Shown here in pieces: positions 50,812-64,000 of a stretch of 64,000 nucleotides of DNA. The notes beneath the pieces were generated by a model. That model was not told where the DNA came from. It did no database searches and saw nothing but the letters and a program-made list of their open reading frames with translations. Made by a program: the position numbers and the translations under genes. Within the stretch, counting starts at the first letter, position 1. Every line of letters starts with the position of its first letter. The DNA is from Podarcis gaigeae (taxonomy: Eukaryota), in assembly GCA_964106915.2 (NCBI GenBank), contig OZ066930.1. One strand, written 5' to 3'.

Positions 50812-51872
50812 GAGCCTTGATCAGTCCGTGTGGAATTTGCCATGGGTGTGAACTGCCCCACTCTGGGAATGAGAGAAACACATTACTCCTTCAGACATTC
50901 CTGGTCTGTCCTTGCCTACCAGGAGGAAATAAGGCCTTCAGTCCCTCTGCTATTTGCCAGGCAATGATAGGCTGAAGACTTTTTTAAAAAGAAAAAGAAA
51001 GAAAGATTCCTTCCACTTTTGACCACTAGAACAAGAAAGAACTGGGCCAGGCTGTGCTGTGAGTTTTCAACCAGCAGAGGGTAGCCCTGAGCAGCAAAAA
51101 CTGTTTATTGTGGGGTATGTGAAAGAACAGATTCCTCTGTGGGTTTTGTTTTTTTCAATGGAATTAATTTTATCTTTGGGAAGCTTCAAGATTTCTACTT
51201 GGACCTCTTGTGAAGAGCAAAAGGATATATCAAAACTGTAGCTTTAATAGCTGCTGTTTTGGTTTTTAATGGAATACTGCAAAGTATATGCATTTATGAT
51301 GCCCTCTACATGGAAATTTAAATCTTGATTTCAACTAGTCTCTTTTTAATAAATTAATTAATGAATTAGAGGCTTCATATGCAATCAGACCTCTTGGTTG
51401 GTTGTTGTTTTTGTCACAGACTTGCCTCTTTTCTTGGAAACGGAGAGAAGAAACCACATTTTTTTGCCTTTTGTCCCTTTTTGGGTAGGGGTTGATAAAG
51501 GAGGCACTTCCTGTTGCATCATATTAAGGCCAGTGTGGTAAAGGAGACTGGGGGAGGGTGTGATGATGGCAACTATTTAGATGACCTTACTTTCTGTATG
51601 AACCAAAAAAATAATGGGCAATGCTAATGTGAAAGATTTGCTAAATTCTTCAGGCATTCTAAATAGAATAGAAGATCACTTGCAAAATGGGGAGCTTCAT
51701 CCCATTTCCCCATATAAAAAAGAAAAAAAACTTTTATCCAGTTCTCCACCCAGATGATGAAGGCTGTGCCTACACATAAACACCATAACATTTCTTCAGA
51801 GATCTGGGGACAAATGTCAATGGCTGTCTCCCAGCTGCTTGACCTAAACTTTCATCAGAATCGCTTTTTCGA

Positions 51873-51880
51873 TACTTGAA
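51873..51880 (+). promoter_or_regulatory. miR-26 8mer seed site in the BCR 3' UTR
   Basis: TACTTGAA is the complement of miR-26 seed UCAAGUA plus A1; AU-rich context. Confidence 0.5.
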
Positions 51881-53892
51881 TTTTTATGTTCTTTCTTGAG
51901 ACTTTGTATGTTGCTTATGGAAATTGTCTTTTCCACCTCAACCCCTTTTTTGCTGGTAAATATAAATGTTTTGATAAGATGTTTGATAACCTACACAATG
52001 ATGGTTGATTGAGCAGGGAGCATTTTGTATTTTTCAGAAATCCTAGACATTCATGGACTTCAGAGCAGCCGTATCTAGGCACCAGTGAATTATACCACTG
52101 GGAAAGGATCAGTGCTGGGAACTGGAAACATGAACTAATTGTAGAGTCCTCAAATGGACAGGGAGGTTTTTGCTTTTGCTCTGATTTTACATTATATTTG
52201 GGGAGATATTTTGCCTATCGCTTCCCACTTGGTCATCCAGCATAATTTTTAGTTATACCCATACATGCCACCAATTTTACCAAGAAGACCAGAAACTGCT
52301 TGCAGGCAAGGGAGAAGAAGACAGAGCCCCTCCTTCCTTATTAAAAGTGTGATAAAGGGCTAAGATGTTAAACTAAATTGTTGGCTTGGTTCAGGAGAAG
52401 GATTGAAGTAGGGAATGAGACTCCCACAAAGGTTTGTCATGTTCCTAAGTTCTGATAAATAAAAGTGATTCTCCTTGTTAAACAAAACTAAAAGGTAGTG
52501 GAGAAATGTATGCTTTGACAGCCTTACTGATGGGGTTTTTTTTGGTACTGTTCCATAATGTCAGCTGCTTTGGGTATTATGAAATCACACATTCCGAAAG
52601 AGAGGAGAGGTTTTGTCATTTTCTATGTGTATTCCCGCATCTTTCATGTTCCTTAAAATTATTCATATGGGAATCTGATATTGCTTAGCTCCTCTTCCTA
52701 CCAAGGCTACGATACTGTCCCTGTTTGGACATAACCTATTTCAGCTTATTATTTTATTGTTCTCACTTTATTTTATACTGTTATTGTTTTTCTAATTGTC
52801 CTTATTGTATTTTAACAATTTTTGTGTAAGCCACTCACAGAACTTTGGTTACAGAGCGGCATAGAAATACCGTTAATTAATAAATTAAATTATTAAGCCA
52901 AGATATGCACGAGCCTTGCATTCGTGTGCTTCATTCTGTCCTTCCTCCCTTCTCTTCTCTTCAACAACAGAAATTGCTGCCCAAAAATGGTGTGATTGCC
53001 AGTAACATAAATGGCTTTCAAAAAGCAGATTAGGCAAATCTTATAGAGGATAAGCCCTTCAGTGGCTATTAGTTGTGTTGCCTACATGGTACCTGCAGTG
53101 TCAGAGGCACCAGGAAGAGGGTTGTGTGGTGCTTTGTGAGCTTCCCAGAGGAAGCATGCTGGACTATGTCTTTGACCTGATCCAGCTGCAGGACTCCTGG
53201 TAAATGGTGTGCAGCAAGTGAAGTTGATCATTTACAGCTTTCACAGTTTCAGGCACTGATTAGAACATGGTAGCCATAGTCTCTTGGTTTGGATGTAACA
53301 GGAAACTATGGTAAAGTAACCCAGTACTGTATGTCTTCAGTCATGGGACACAGAGAAGAGAGAAAGGGACAGCATTTGCATGCACAAAGTTCATTCGTAT
53401 TTTGGCTTAGTAAGCCAAGATATGTTATATCCAAATGGGGCTGCAGCATGTTACAAATGTTCTTCTCTAGACTAATTTCACTATAATCTAAATTCTACTT
53501 CTCCCATTTCCCTTGCTGTTCAATCAAGCCTTTAAAAAGAAGTGTGGATTGCAAAGTATTTGTGGAGGTGCTAAAAAAAGGTATCTAACATGCTATTAAA
53601 TTTAGTATTATTATTATTAGAGGTAAAAAAATAATGGGATAATTCTGTTAACAGGAAGATATACTGTCTGAATTGCAGTTTTCTACCCTGCTTTGTCTCA
53701 TCCCATACAATCATTTCTGTCCTTCTAAGCCAGCTTTCCTCAATTGCTGTGCTGGCTGGGGTTGATGAGAGTTACAGTCCAAAACATCTGGAGAGCACTA
53801 GCATGAGGATGTTCTAGGCAATGGTTCTCCCCTATGGCTTTAAAGGGGACGGATGCATGAGCTATGGGGCTGGGAAATGATCGACCAAGCTA

Positions 53893-54097
53893 CTGTATTT
53901 ACACAAATCTAATGTGCTATTGAATCAAATACGCACCTCAGTTTTCAAATCCTTGTAACCAAAAAAGTATTTGCTATGTCAGCAGTGTTTTTCAAGCTTG
54001 CAATCAAATCTAATGCACCATCAAATCTAATGCTCACCCTAATTTTCGTGATGTAATTTGGCCAAAAAAGGTGCACATTACATTTGAGTAAATATGG
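53893..54097. mobile_element. Older Tc2-like MITE
   Basis: TA|ctgtatttacacaaatctaatgtgc ... gcacattacatttgagtaaatatgg|TA; internal aaatctaatgc repeats. Confidence 0.7.
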
Positions 54098-57000
54098 TAT
54101 CTCAGATTCCTTCCCATGTAGTAGAATGGCAGAATTGATTAATCCCACTCCATACTGATGATCAATGTACTGGACAAAACTCTATTGTTGAGGGATTTGG
54201 GGGTGGCCATGCAAGGCTAGGGGTGAAGGAAGACTTCAGATGTTGGGATCATTCCATGGATTCAGGATACAAACAGATTCTAGGCTGAACTGAGCTTGCC
54301 TCCTTCGGCTCTCTTCAAAGATGGAAAAGTGGGAGGAGCATGGGTCATCCTGTTGAAATATCCCAAAGTATCTTGTTAGCAAAGGATCCCCCTATGATAC
54401 AGTATCATAGCATCCTTGTTGGTCAATTTTTGGTACAGCACTAAAAGTTTATATGCACACTTTCTTTGGATTTACACAAAACTGTTCCTGGGAAGTTTGG
54501 GGCCACCCCAAGTATAAGAGATAGTCTTTCCTTAACATTCCAGTCATACTTGTATTGCAAGTTCAACTGGTCTCACAATCACAGTCTTTCATGTAGTTGT
54601 ACTGGACTTGTATTACCTGAAGAACCAGCACAAGGGAGCTGTAGAGATTGGTGGTGCTTAAAGAGCTAATCAGATCCTCTACAATGACATGGAAGCCTTA
54701 GAGAGGCCTTAAATGTTTTTCTTGAGATGCGGGGGCTGGGGGGAGGGTTGTTTTGACCCTGTTCTGAGAACTGTAATTTCTTAAGGGCTTCGTCTTTTTT
54801 TGTCTTCTGATTTTGAATTTGCACCACTTCTCATTCAAAAAGGGCTGCTATTTTCCTTTGTGCATCATTGGTTGTTACTTATCTATAGCTGCGGCTTACA
54901 ACTGGAAATGCAATACTGCAAAGACTACAAATGTGCCAATTCACCTTGCCTGACTTATTGATTTTTAAAAATTTACATAAAACTGTAATTTTAATATTAA
55001 TATTGAATTGATACTTTATACTGCATAGTTGTAAGAAGGATGCCTTTGCTTTGGAAACCTTGAGAGCTGCTTTGATGAGCAGGTGAATTCTTACATGGAG
55101 GCACGTAGATGTTGGAGAGATTGGACAATTAATTTAGGCAATTAATTGATTTTATTATTAGTATCAATAATTATGAATTGGTATTATAAACCTATGCTTT
55201 CCTGAATAATTGCAATTCTGAGCTGGGAAACTGATCTGAATTTAAATTTAAACTGATCTGAAAATTGAGAAAGGGTTGGTTTTTTGTTTTTGTTTTAAAT
55301 GATCTGTTAAGCATGCAACACTGTAAAAATGATCCAGATTTTCAAGTGAAGGGTTCTTATTTCCCCTGCTTGGAGTTTCCTTAAAATCACCAGGACTGCC
55401 TTTCAGTATACTGGTCTCCACATCAGCATGGCCTTGCGCCTCTCTGAGGATGAAACATAACTGGGGTGATGTGGGCAGGTGATAAGCAAGTTGCTACTTC
55501 ATAGGAAAGCCCCTCAAGACAAGGATTCCTTTCTTCTAGAGGGTGCCTCTGTCCCACTGCCTGCCTAAGCTGCTACTATAAGCAAGGGCTTCTACTCAGA
55601 GCTTAAGGTTGCCCTGCTCCCAAGCTCACAATTTCCAAACTGAAATCCCTATCTGGGTATCAAGACTAGTGCTTCCTCCACCTCACTTGGGCAGAGGGGA
55701 CTTAGCCTTCCCCTGGCACTAATGCAGCACTCTGGCATCACATACTAGGTTGGGGAAGCGGCTTGCTCCTCTGTCAACACTGGCAAATGCATGTGTGATC
55801 TTAATGTCCCCTCCATGCGCCTCTCACAGACAAGCTACAGATTACCAGATTGGTTAGTCTTGGAGGTGGTTATTCCTTCAATCTTTTCAGAGATTTAAAG
55901 AATGGGAGTGGCAAGAGGGGAACAGTACCACTTGGGTGACTAAACCAAAACAAAGAAGTATGCAGCATCCTTCTAAAGCTCCCCACCCCAAAAGGGGGAA
56001 AGTCCTCTCTTTTGCAGTAGCCTAATAACTTTGCATCAGATTTGACCAAAAATTAGTTGAGTGAATAAAGGGTTGTATCCAACATTAGTTATATTCAAAG
56101 AAAAAACATCAAAATTAATAAACATTACTAATTTATGTCCATTAATTTCAGTGGGTCTGCTCGGAGCAGCACTCAATTAGATACAACCCAAGGTGTTTTG
56201 ACCATACTAGGTTATTTGTGAATGCAAAAAACTGATAACCTATAGTTTCAGGTTAGGCTTTCCCTCTACCTGCCTTTAAAATACATATTCTGAAATGATT
56301 TTCTCTTACTCTGCTCCACTGTGAATTCTGGAAGCTTGGGCAACTGATTTTTTTCACATTCAGGTGCCAACTATAGCAGGAAGCCCGACCCTCCAATGGT
56401 GATCCCATTCTTCCGGGATGCTTTTGGTGTATAGCTCAGAAATTTCAAATTAGTTATAAGTGGGTGGGCATAATTACAGGTTTTGCATATCACTGATAAA
56501 CCAAGATGATAATCTTGGCAGATAATCTTATGGAATCTTTTGAAGATTAATTTCTATGCCTTAATGTGATAAAATGCAACTTTAGAAGGCATCTTCCTAA
56601 TCGCTTCCAAGAAACCCAGGGGTTTTTTATTCCTCTTCTGTGATTCCAAGTTCCTTATGTAGCTTTCTCAATGCTCTGGTTTTAAAACCTCAAGTTACCT
56701 ACAGAATATTCCATTTTACAGAAAGCTTTCCATAGCATAGATCCTTAATATTATTGGGTGTGAATAACTGAGTGAATGAATACGATATTGTGCCCTTCCA
56801 ATATAACTTCCCTGTGTTTTGCTGTTATTGTTTAAGAACAAGCAAGAGAGCCCTGTTGCCTATCAATTCACAGCAAGGGTTGAACCACAATGATAGAATT
56901 CCCATCCTGTGGTCACTCAAGGAAGATAGTTCTAACAGCTTTAGGTTTGCTTTTGGAGCTTTGAGTTAGGGTGGTAACACTGGGATCAGCTGTTTTATTT

Positions 57001-60000
57001 GTGCTGTAACTGAATTATCATGGGATAGATTTGCTTTTTAATCTACCTTCAGCCCTTGTGGAGGTCAGGCTGTGGAACTGGTGAGTGAGGGGACTGGCTG
57101 CCTATTCTGCACATGTGCCCTGCTGAATGTGCTACAAAGTTTAATATCTCACACATCATAATAAGGGCCACACAGAGCTTGTGTCTGTTTTTTCAGCTCC
57201 TATCCCAAGAGCTTGTCAAGGGGCACAAAGACTAATGGAAATTTACTTGTCTAATCAGATCACTTTCACTTTCTTAGATATACAGTAGTGAACATTCCAA
57301 AACCTGATATAGGCAGGGGGCGGATTCCTGTTTTCTTCTAATAAACCTTCACAGACCAAACAATTCTGCACTTGTAGGTAGAGAAGAGGGAAACTGCTGG
57401 CCTCAGCAAAGCTCTGCATGTGCACTGTCATGGCTGGATTAACATTTAAGTATACTGCAGTCTAGTGACATGGCTTCTCAGTACGCTTCTTAGCATGTGC
57501 CTGTTAACTCTACAAGAGTAAGCAAATGTAGAGGTTCTTCATTTCCTTGGCTCTGACCACAAGAGTCTCCACAGGAAGGATGCCTTTAGTATGCTTCGGG
57601 TTATAAAACAACTGCTAGTGTCATTTCAGTAGGAATGTTATTGCTCTTATTTTTCCATACTTCATCACTCCTTTTGTATTATAAGCATCACTCTCCAGAT
57701 TAGTGTCAAAGAAGGTATTCCTCCAGAAAGTTTCTTACAACTGATTCATAAGAGAGAAAAAGGATCATCAGAATAAATTGTACATATCCTCTGTCATCTC
57801 TTCATCACCATTATGTTCTGGTCCTCTTTTCACTGACAACCCTTCTGGCAGTCTGTGCAAATATTTACCAGTACTTAAAAGTTAGCTTCTGGGTTTCACT
57901 GCTTTGTGGCCTTTAGCATGATCAGGGAAGAATGCAGGGCTTAGGAAGGGGCAGAACTGTAATTCAGGTAGAAGCTTGCTTACTTATCAGTGGTTCCTGC
58001 TGTGTTCCAAAAAGCTAAGTAAATCAGCCAGATTACTTGCAGGAAGCAAAACCTGCCACATCCAGAAAAACTCAGGTCACCAGGTGCAGGCTTACTTTCA
58101 CTGGTGTCCCTTCAGTTAACACCAATTTACGTTCTTTATATAACAGTGGGATTGCCATTCAGTCCTACATGTAAAAAGACAAGGTACTTGGGAATGGCAA
58201 AAACATGCCTTCAGCATCACATCCCTTCTCACCAGTCTGGAGATTAGGACTAAGGCTGATGCAGCACTAGCAATGTAATGTAATCCCGACCGTAACAGAG
58301 GGTCTTAGACAAAGTTTTGACTGGATTTGTTTATGTGAATTCAATTCCTGAGGCAGGATGACTTACAGGAGAATTTCTTCAAGTAATTTCCAGTCAATAT
58401 CCAAGGTTAGCCATCACTTAGTGTTCAGCCAATTCTTTGAGAAAGATCACTTGAGTAGGATTCCTGATTCTGAATGAGAGTTGAATCTGGAAATTGCCTT
58501 CTGAGTGAAGATTATTCACCCAGATTTAATCTGGATCTCCATGGAGCAGGAATGGTCACATAATCTTTCCTGCAGGGAGTGCTAATGTAGATGATCAGCC
58601 TTACATTGATAAACAATGAAAAAATATTTTAAGAGGGTAAACTTGCTGACAGTTACTCCCCTTTGATCATGTCCCGTACAAGTCAGCATTTTTTATCATT
58701 GGTCAGGAAGAAACTACTCATAGTTTATAAATGTGTACAAAAGTGAATGCATATGTTCTGGTAATGTGATGGCATGTTTTGACCAAGGAGAGAGGTGACA
58801 GGCCTACTGTGAGTAATTGATTTCTATGATAAAAGGTAAGGATTCATGAAGGGATATCATGCAGTAACTGCATTTATCACATGAATACCGTACTCTTGCC
58901 CTCACTGTGTTACAGTCAAAATAAGCTATAATGAATTTAGATGAAATTATTTGTGATGGTTGTAAGTTACTGTGTGGAAAGGACAGCAAATAGGCTATTT
59001 TATTATAAACGGGTTTCTGTCTTAATCTTTCCTTCTGTTAAACTAACATTCTCACAACTTGAAAAGATCTTTTGGAATTAGCTTATTTGAGCAAGTTGAA
59101 AAAAATGAAGTTGATTTTGCACTGACATCCTGCTTTACAGGCCTTGTATCATTTTAACCATGACCCATCACCCACATGTATGAAATGCTGGCAGTAGATA
59201 TGACTCAGTCCACGTTTGCTATTCTAGATCCCAATAATTTCAATGGGAGAGTTAAGCATGTACTGTATTGAATTTTCTACTGAAATGAGGGGAACCAAGA
59301 AGTTGCTAATTTTGGCTGGTGGTTTTCCCATGACACATGCCCTGCAATTACAAAACAACAACAATCAGATAATACCCAAGGATTGCCCAAGGGTAAATTA
59401 GTATGTAAATATTAGGTTTGTTTAAATTTTGGAGTTATCTTGGATGAATGATCAGAAAACCGAAGCCCACAAAAGTGTATTAACAGCTGGAAATGCATCA
59501 TTCAGCATCTTCAGCGTAGAAGTGATTCTGTTAACTGCTTCTATGTCCAAAATAAATTTATACAAAGCAGTAGAAATACAGAATAAAAATACTGAGTTAT
59601 ACAGCTAAAGTAATCAAGCTGAAATAAGGTAAAAATTAATGAGTTCGACAATATGAAATATGCATCCTTTTCTGTGGTTTTACTTGGACTTGCCTATGTA
59701 ACTTCTTTAACTTCCTTCTGTTAATGATCCATGTTGAATTCAGAGGAAAGCAGATGAATAAACTATTTATTTAAGTATAAATGCAATTAAATTATATAAA
59801 TGCTTGCGTTTTCAGCTTATAGAGAAGGGTCTTTTTGTTCACTGATAGGTCACATTTCAGCCATGAAGCTAATATTTGTTGTCATTGTTTTTAAGACGGC
59901 CTTCGTGTTTTAAAAGCATTTTTGCATTGGCATTTTATACTGCTTCAATATTCCTTGCTTCAATATTCCAAAGAGTCCAATTCAGAAAAGTAAAACAGTA

Positions 60001-60227
60001 AAGTTGATTCTGAAGAGAGATGCTGAGCACTTAGAACTGCTGTGGAATATAATTGTTTTTCTAGTGCTTTTGTCTGTCTGGAACAGGTCCAAAAAAAAAA
60101 CAGCAAAAAGTTAGTAAATTTAAAAGGTGTCATAAAAAAAGAAGGAAATGAAAAGGGACTGAAAAATCTGTATTTGGGAAACAAGGAGATCCAAGGCATT
60201 TGTAGTCTTTGTTTGTACACAATGTTA

Positions 60228-60239
60228 AATAAATTTATT
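60228..60239. terminator. Candidate distal poly(A) signal, palindromic AATAAATTTATT
   Basis: AATAAA preceded by two TGTA motifs (60201, 60214) and followed by T/GT-rich sequence; also reads AATAAA on the minus strand. Confidence 0.4.
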
Positions 60240-60597
60240 CCGTATCTGTTTAATGGACTCAGCTGGTCTTACTTCTCAGCAGGCTGTATCTGGAACAGAA
60301 TGAATATGTAAAGCATTCCTTGAAGACCGGACTAACTGAATATCCTATCACCATGGGGACAGAACTTAATTTGAACCAGGGCTCAGCTCCAGAGCCGGTG
60401 TCTAAATGCCCGGAACAGCCATAGTATAGAAAATGTTTCAGAGCATCTACAGAATGTATTTCCCTTACTTCAGGAGACTGTTCCCCATGGGGTTGTAACA
60501 GATAATCAACAGTTACATACAAAAGCACAATAAACTCTACAAAACAGTATTGTTGTTTACTACAGAAAAAAAAACAACTGAAATAGAAGCCACCCCA

Positions 60598-60840
60598 CAG
60601 CTTCTTTCCAAACTTTTCAAGTTGGTGACACACTTTTTGGACATGCATCATTTCACAAAACAGTAATTCAGTTTTGCATCATTTCATGACACACGTAATT
60701 CAATTTTACAGTACAAGCAAACCGGAGTTTAAACTAAACCTTTCAAGCCCCAGGAGGAGCATGGGGTTCGTTCATGTGACACACCTACACACTGCAGCTG
60801 ACACACTAAAGTGCCGTGACACACAGTTGGGAAAGCTCTG
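60598..60840. mobile_element. hAT-like MITE
   Basis: imperfect TIRs cagcttctttccaaact / agttgggaaagctctg; internal tgacacac repeats. Confidence 0.6.
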
Positions 60841-61784
60841 CTATAATTAACTTATATGCCAAAATGACTCCCCCAATTCCCAGATAGTAACCTCTCCCAA
60901 ATACATCCTTAGCAGTCCTCCACATTCAAGCCTCACTCTCATAAATTCCCACCAACCATCCAAATATCTAATCCCCAATCAACTAGTTATTAAAGAGCAA
61001 ATGCAGGTGCAGGTATATTGTCAGTATGTCATGCTTTTGCTGCAGGTTTACTACTATACCTGCAATGATCATGCCTGCTGCATAAAAGCATGGGGCTGTC
61101 AGACGTGAGTGTCCACCCTTTAAAATGGTAGATTAATTCATATTTAAATTTGAACAGAGATATTAAATAAGCTAAGATTATATCATACTGAAAATGTGTA
61201 TGTCAGAAATGATGCAACTGGATTCCAGAAAGCTCTTGTAGTACTGTTTTCTGTGCCTTTTTTGTTCTTGAACAGAGCCACTGGGCATTTACCTGGCCAG
61301 ACACTGCAGGTATATTATTAAGAGTATTGATCATGCACATTGCAGCTATTTGTACAAAAGAAGACTGCAGTTCAGCAAAATAAGAAATGTATGTGAGCCC
61401 CTGTGCAAAGCCCCTGAGGCAGCAATAAAAGAATGGGATAGAGGACCTGGTTGATGTTTCATCAATTAAGGGACTGCTCCACTGAAATGCAATCTTTGAA
61501 AGCCATGTATATGAGTTGTAATATAAAATGAATCACAGGCCTAAGCGATTGGAAAATCTCATTGAAAAGCCAAGCAGCTGAAGCACACAAGTTCAGTGGG
61601 TTGGTCTACTAACCCTTTTCCATTTCAAGCTATGGAATATATGGATAGTGAAAACATCTTGGAAACATGACTGTACATTAAAAATAGCATATGGTCCATA
61701 CAATAATATCTAATAAGTACAGCTGAAGGACATTTTTGTGGATTATTTTAAAAATCATTTCTACCCCACCAGATTTCTTACGCA

Positions 61785-62185
61785 TCTTCAATTAAAAACA
61801 ACCAGAACAATAACATGAACGAAGAGCAAAAATACAGACACTGCTAAAATGTAACAGCAGGGGCAAAAAAATTAAGTCCAAACCCAGCCTACAAGGTTGC
61901 TGCCAGCAAAGAAAGTATTGACCAGATATGGGCAACCCTATAAGAAGGGGGCTAACCAGGCTTCCCCAAATATAGTTCCACAATCCAGGCACCACAACAA
62001 AAAAGTTCTCGTCACTCAACATGTTCCATCTAGGTGGGCATGATGGCAGCAAGATGCAGAGAGAGTAAGGCCTGTGAAGAACAGCATACAGTAGTGGGTA
62101 GGTGAGCTCATGTGAGAGAAAGGAGTCGTTCAAATATCCTAGTCTAAAATAGTTAAGGGCTTTATGGGCACTTTGAATTGTACCT
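61785..62185 (-). mobile_element. Degraded L2-like LINE fragment
   Basis: minus-strand remnant FFVVVPGLWN and gtacaattcaaagtgc similar to the 43525 element. Confidence 0.55.
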
Positions 62186-62223
62186 AGAGATGAGCTAGTG
62201 GTGACTGCACATAAAATTCAATA

Positions 62224-62446
62224 CAGTGATACCTTGGGTTAAGTACTTAATTCGTTCCGGAGATACGTTCTTAACCTGAAACTGTTCTTAACCTGAAGCA
62301 CCACTTTAGCTAATGGGGCCTCCTGCTGCCGCTGCATTTTCTGTTCTCATCCTGAAGGAAAGTTCTTAACCAGAGGTATTATTTCTGGGTTAGCGGAGTC
62401 TGTAACCTGAAGCGTATGTAACCTGAAGCGTATGTAACCCGAGGTA
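62224..62446. mobile_element. pogo/Tigger-like MITE, inverted copy of 29987-30222
   Basis: reverse-complement match (ccactttagctaatggggcc, gggttagcggagtctgtaacctgaagcg); one TIR clipped. Confidence 0.8.
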
Positions 62447-63251
62447 TTGTGGTTGCATGTTCCCCGGGAAAATGTTGGTCAGTCACATCTTATAATAGGT
62501 GAAGCTTCCAAATTGCAGTAATCCAAACAGGATGTAACCAATGCATTTGTGACTATGATCAGGTTTGCTTGAGTAAGAAAAGGAAACAACTGGCATTCCA
62601 GCCAAAGTTGTACAAAAGCTGGCCCCTGGTAACCCTGGGGCACCCCACCCCAAACAATGAAACTGACAGGAGTGCAGCTCTATTCAAAACAGGATGTACA
62701 CCTCCAACCTGGCTCAACAGCATCTTTACTCTGTTTGCTAACCTGCCTCCATCATTATAGGCACCAATTAAAGACCTCCAAAGCTACTGTGGATGCTCAT
62801 GAAATGGAGAGAGTGAGCTGTGTATCATCAGCATATTGACAACGCCCCAGCCCAAATCCCTGGATAAACTCTCCCTCTGGTTTCATATAGATGTTAAATA
62901 TTTGCTTGCCAGTTTGCAATACTTATCAGCTGCACTTTAGCTGAACCTCTCACAGTAGCTTCAAAAGATAATAAAAACATGGATAGGAACAGCATAAAAC
63001 AAAACCACAGTAGGACAGCGTAAAACAAAATTATAGATTAAAAACATTGGAAAATAAGGTTTTTACCTGGTGCTGGGAAGAATAAGATGGTGGGAGCAGA
63101 TGAAGCTCCGTTGGGATGGAACTTCAAAGTCAGAGGCAACAATGGAAAATCCTGTCGCTGCCAGCATTTCACTTCAAAAGTCAGGAGAATCAAGAGCAGG
63201 ACCGTAGAGGATGATTTTTAGCACCTGAGCAGCCTTATGTGGAAATGGTTG

Positions 63252-63425
63252 GAGAAGGACCACAGCTGAGTGGAGGAGCATCTGCTTTGCATGCAGAAGG
63301 TCCCCGGTTCAATCCCTGGTCTCTTTGGGAGAAACCCCTGCTTGAAACCCTGGGGAGCCACTACCAGTCAGTGCATGCAATACTGAGCTAGATGGGATGG
63401 AGGTCTGACTCCATAATAAGGCAGC
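63252..63425 (+). mobile_element. tRNA(Ala)-like-headed SINE
   Basis: cagctgagtggaggagcatctgctttgcatgcagaaggtccccggttcaatccctgg; related degraded pieces at about 9505-9690 (+), 16360-16440 (-) and 25880-25950 (-). Confidence 0.75.
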
Positions 63426-63449
63426 CCCCAAGTTGTTCAGGGCTTTATA

Positions 63450-63701
63450 CAGTGGTACCTCGCAAGACGAAATTAATTCGTTCCGCGAGTTGTGTCGTCT
63501 TGCGATTTTTAGTCTTGCGGAGTGCGGATTCACTGGGTATTAACGGCTTTAAGAAAAAGGAAGCAAACTCACAAAACGTTTTCGTCTTGCGAAGCAAGCC
63601 CATAGGGAAAATCGTCTTGCGAAGCAACGCAAAAAACGAAAAACCCATTCGTCTTGTACGTTTTTCGTCTTGCGAGGCATTCGTCTTGCGAGGTACCACT
63701 G
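63450..63701. mobile_element. Young pogo/Tigger-like MITE
   Basis: perfect 22-bp TIRs cagtggtacctcgcaagacgaa / ttcgtcttgcgaggtaccactg, TA TSD, repeated internal cgtcttgcga motif. Confidence 0.92.
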
Positions 63702-64000
63702 TACAGTATATCAAAACCAGCACTCTGAATTCTGATGTTGGTGGACAGGCTCTATGTCCAGGAGAGGGTGCAGCTGGCACACAAGTCTATGTTACAGAGA
63801 GGTACTCTGAACCAGATGAGGCAACTGGGCCTTCTAACAAAAAGGTCCATGTCTAGCAGCCCACCCAAATGTGAAGTGTGATCCCTCAGTCCAAAAAAAG
63901 AACCCAGCAGCGTGCACCACCTCTGTTTGGTGTGGATTAAGCTAAATACAGTAGCAGAAGGGGGCAGCACCCCTTTGCTGCCCTGGGCTCCTTTGGAAGA

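Noticed and set aside
57540-57880. Possible minus-strand exon of a neighbouring gene or a transposase remnant
   Set aside because: The acidic-looking frame is interrupted by stops and matches no protein I recognise; no last-exon peptide of a neighbouring gene was found in 51000-64000.
63480-63695. cgtcttgcga repeats with variable spacers as a CRISPR-like array
   Set aside because: 10-bp motif derived from the TIR of the enclosing MITE, with irregular spacing.

Overview
This is vertebrate genomic DNA from a squamate reptile. The SINE complement (Sauria SINE, a Squam3-type MIR-derived SINE, BovB) suggests a lacertid lizard, which is an inference. The window carries exons 2-23 of BCR (DH/RhoGEF-PH-C2-RhoGAP) on the + strand from 1063 to the stop codon at 50811; exon 1 lies upstream of the window. 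All 22 exons have AG/GT boundaries and join into one open frame of 2540 nt ending in the PDZ-binding motif STEV*. The introns are dense in transposable elements: Sauria SINEs, tRNA-headed SINEs, CR1, L2 and BovB fragments, Tc1/mariner-superfamily and hAT MITEs, and a solo LTR. The most interesting signals are: (1) a candidate internal first exon in intron 16 (42349-42510) with a TATA box, ATG, in-frame donor and an LWxRV...L..K motif, which would give a GAP-only BCR isoform paralleling a short ABR isoform; (2) a solo LTR with a triplicated octamer/CRE/CCAAT module; (3) two MITE copies sharing sequence outside their TIR; (4) a possible very long 3' UTR with a miR-26 8mer site and a palindromic poly(A) signal. 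No database searches were run. Comparisons to human BCR/ABR and repeat family names are from memory.
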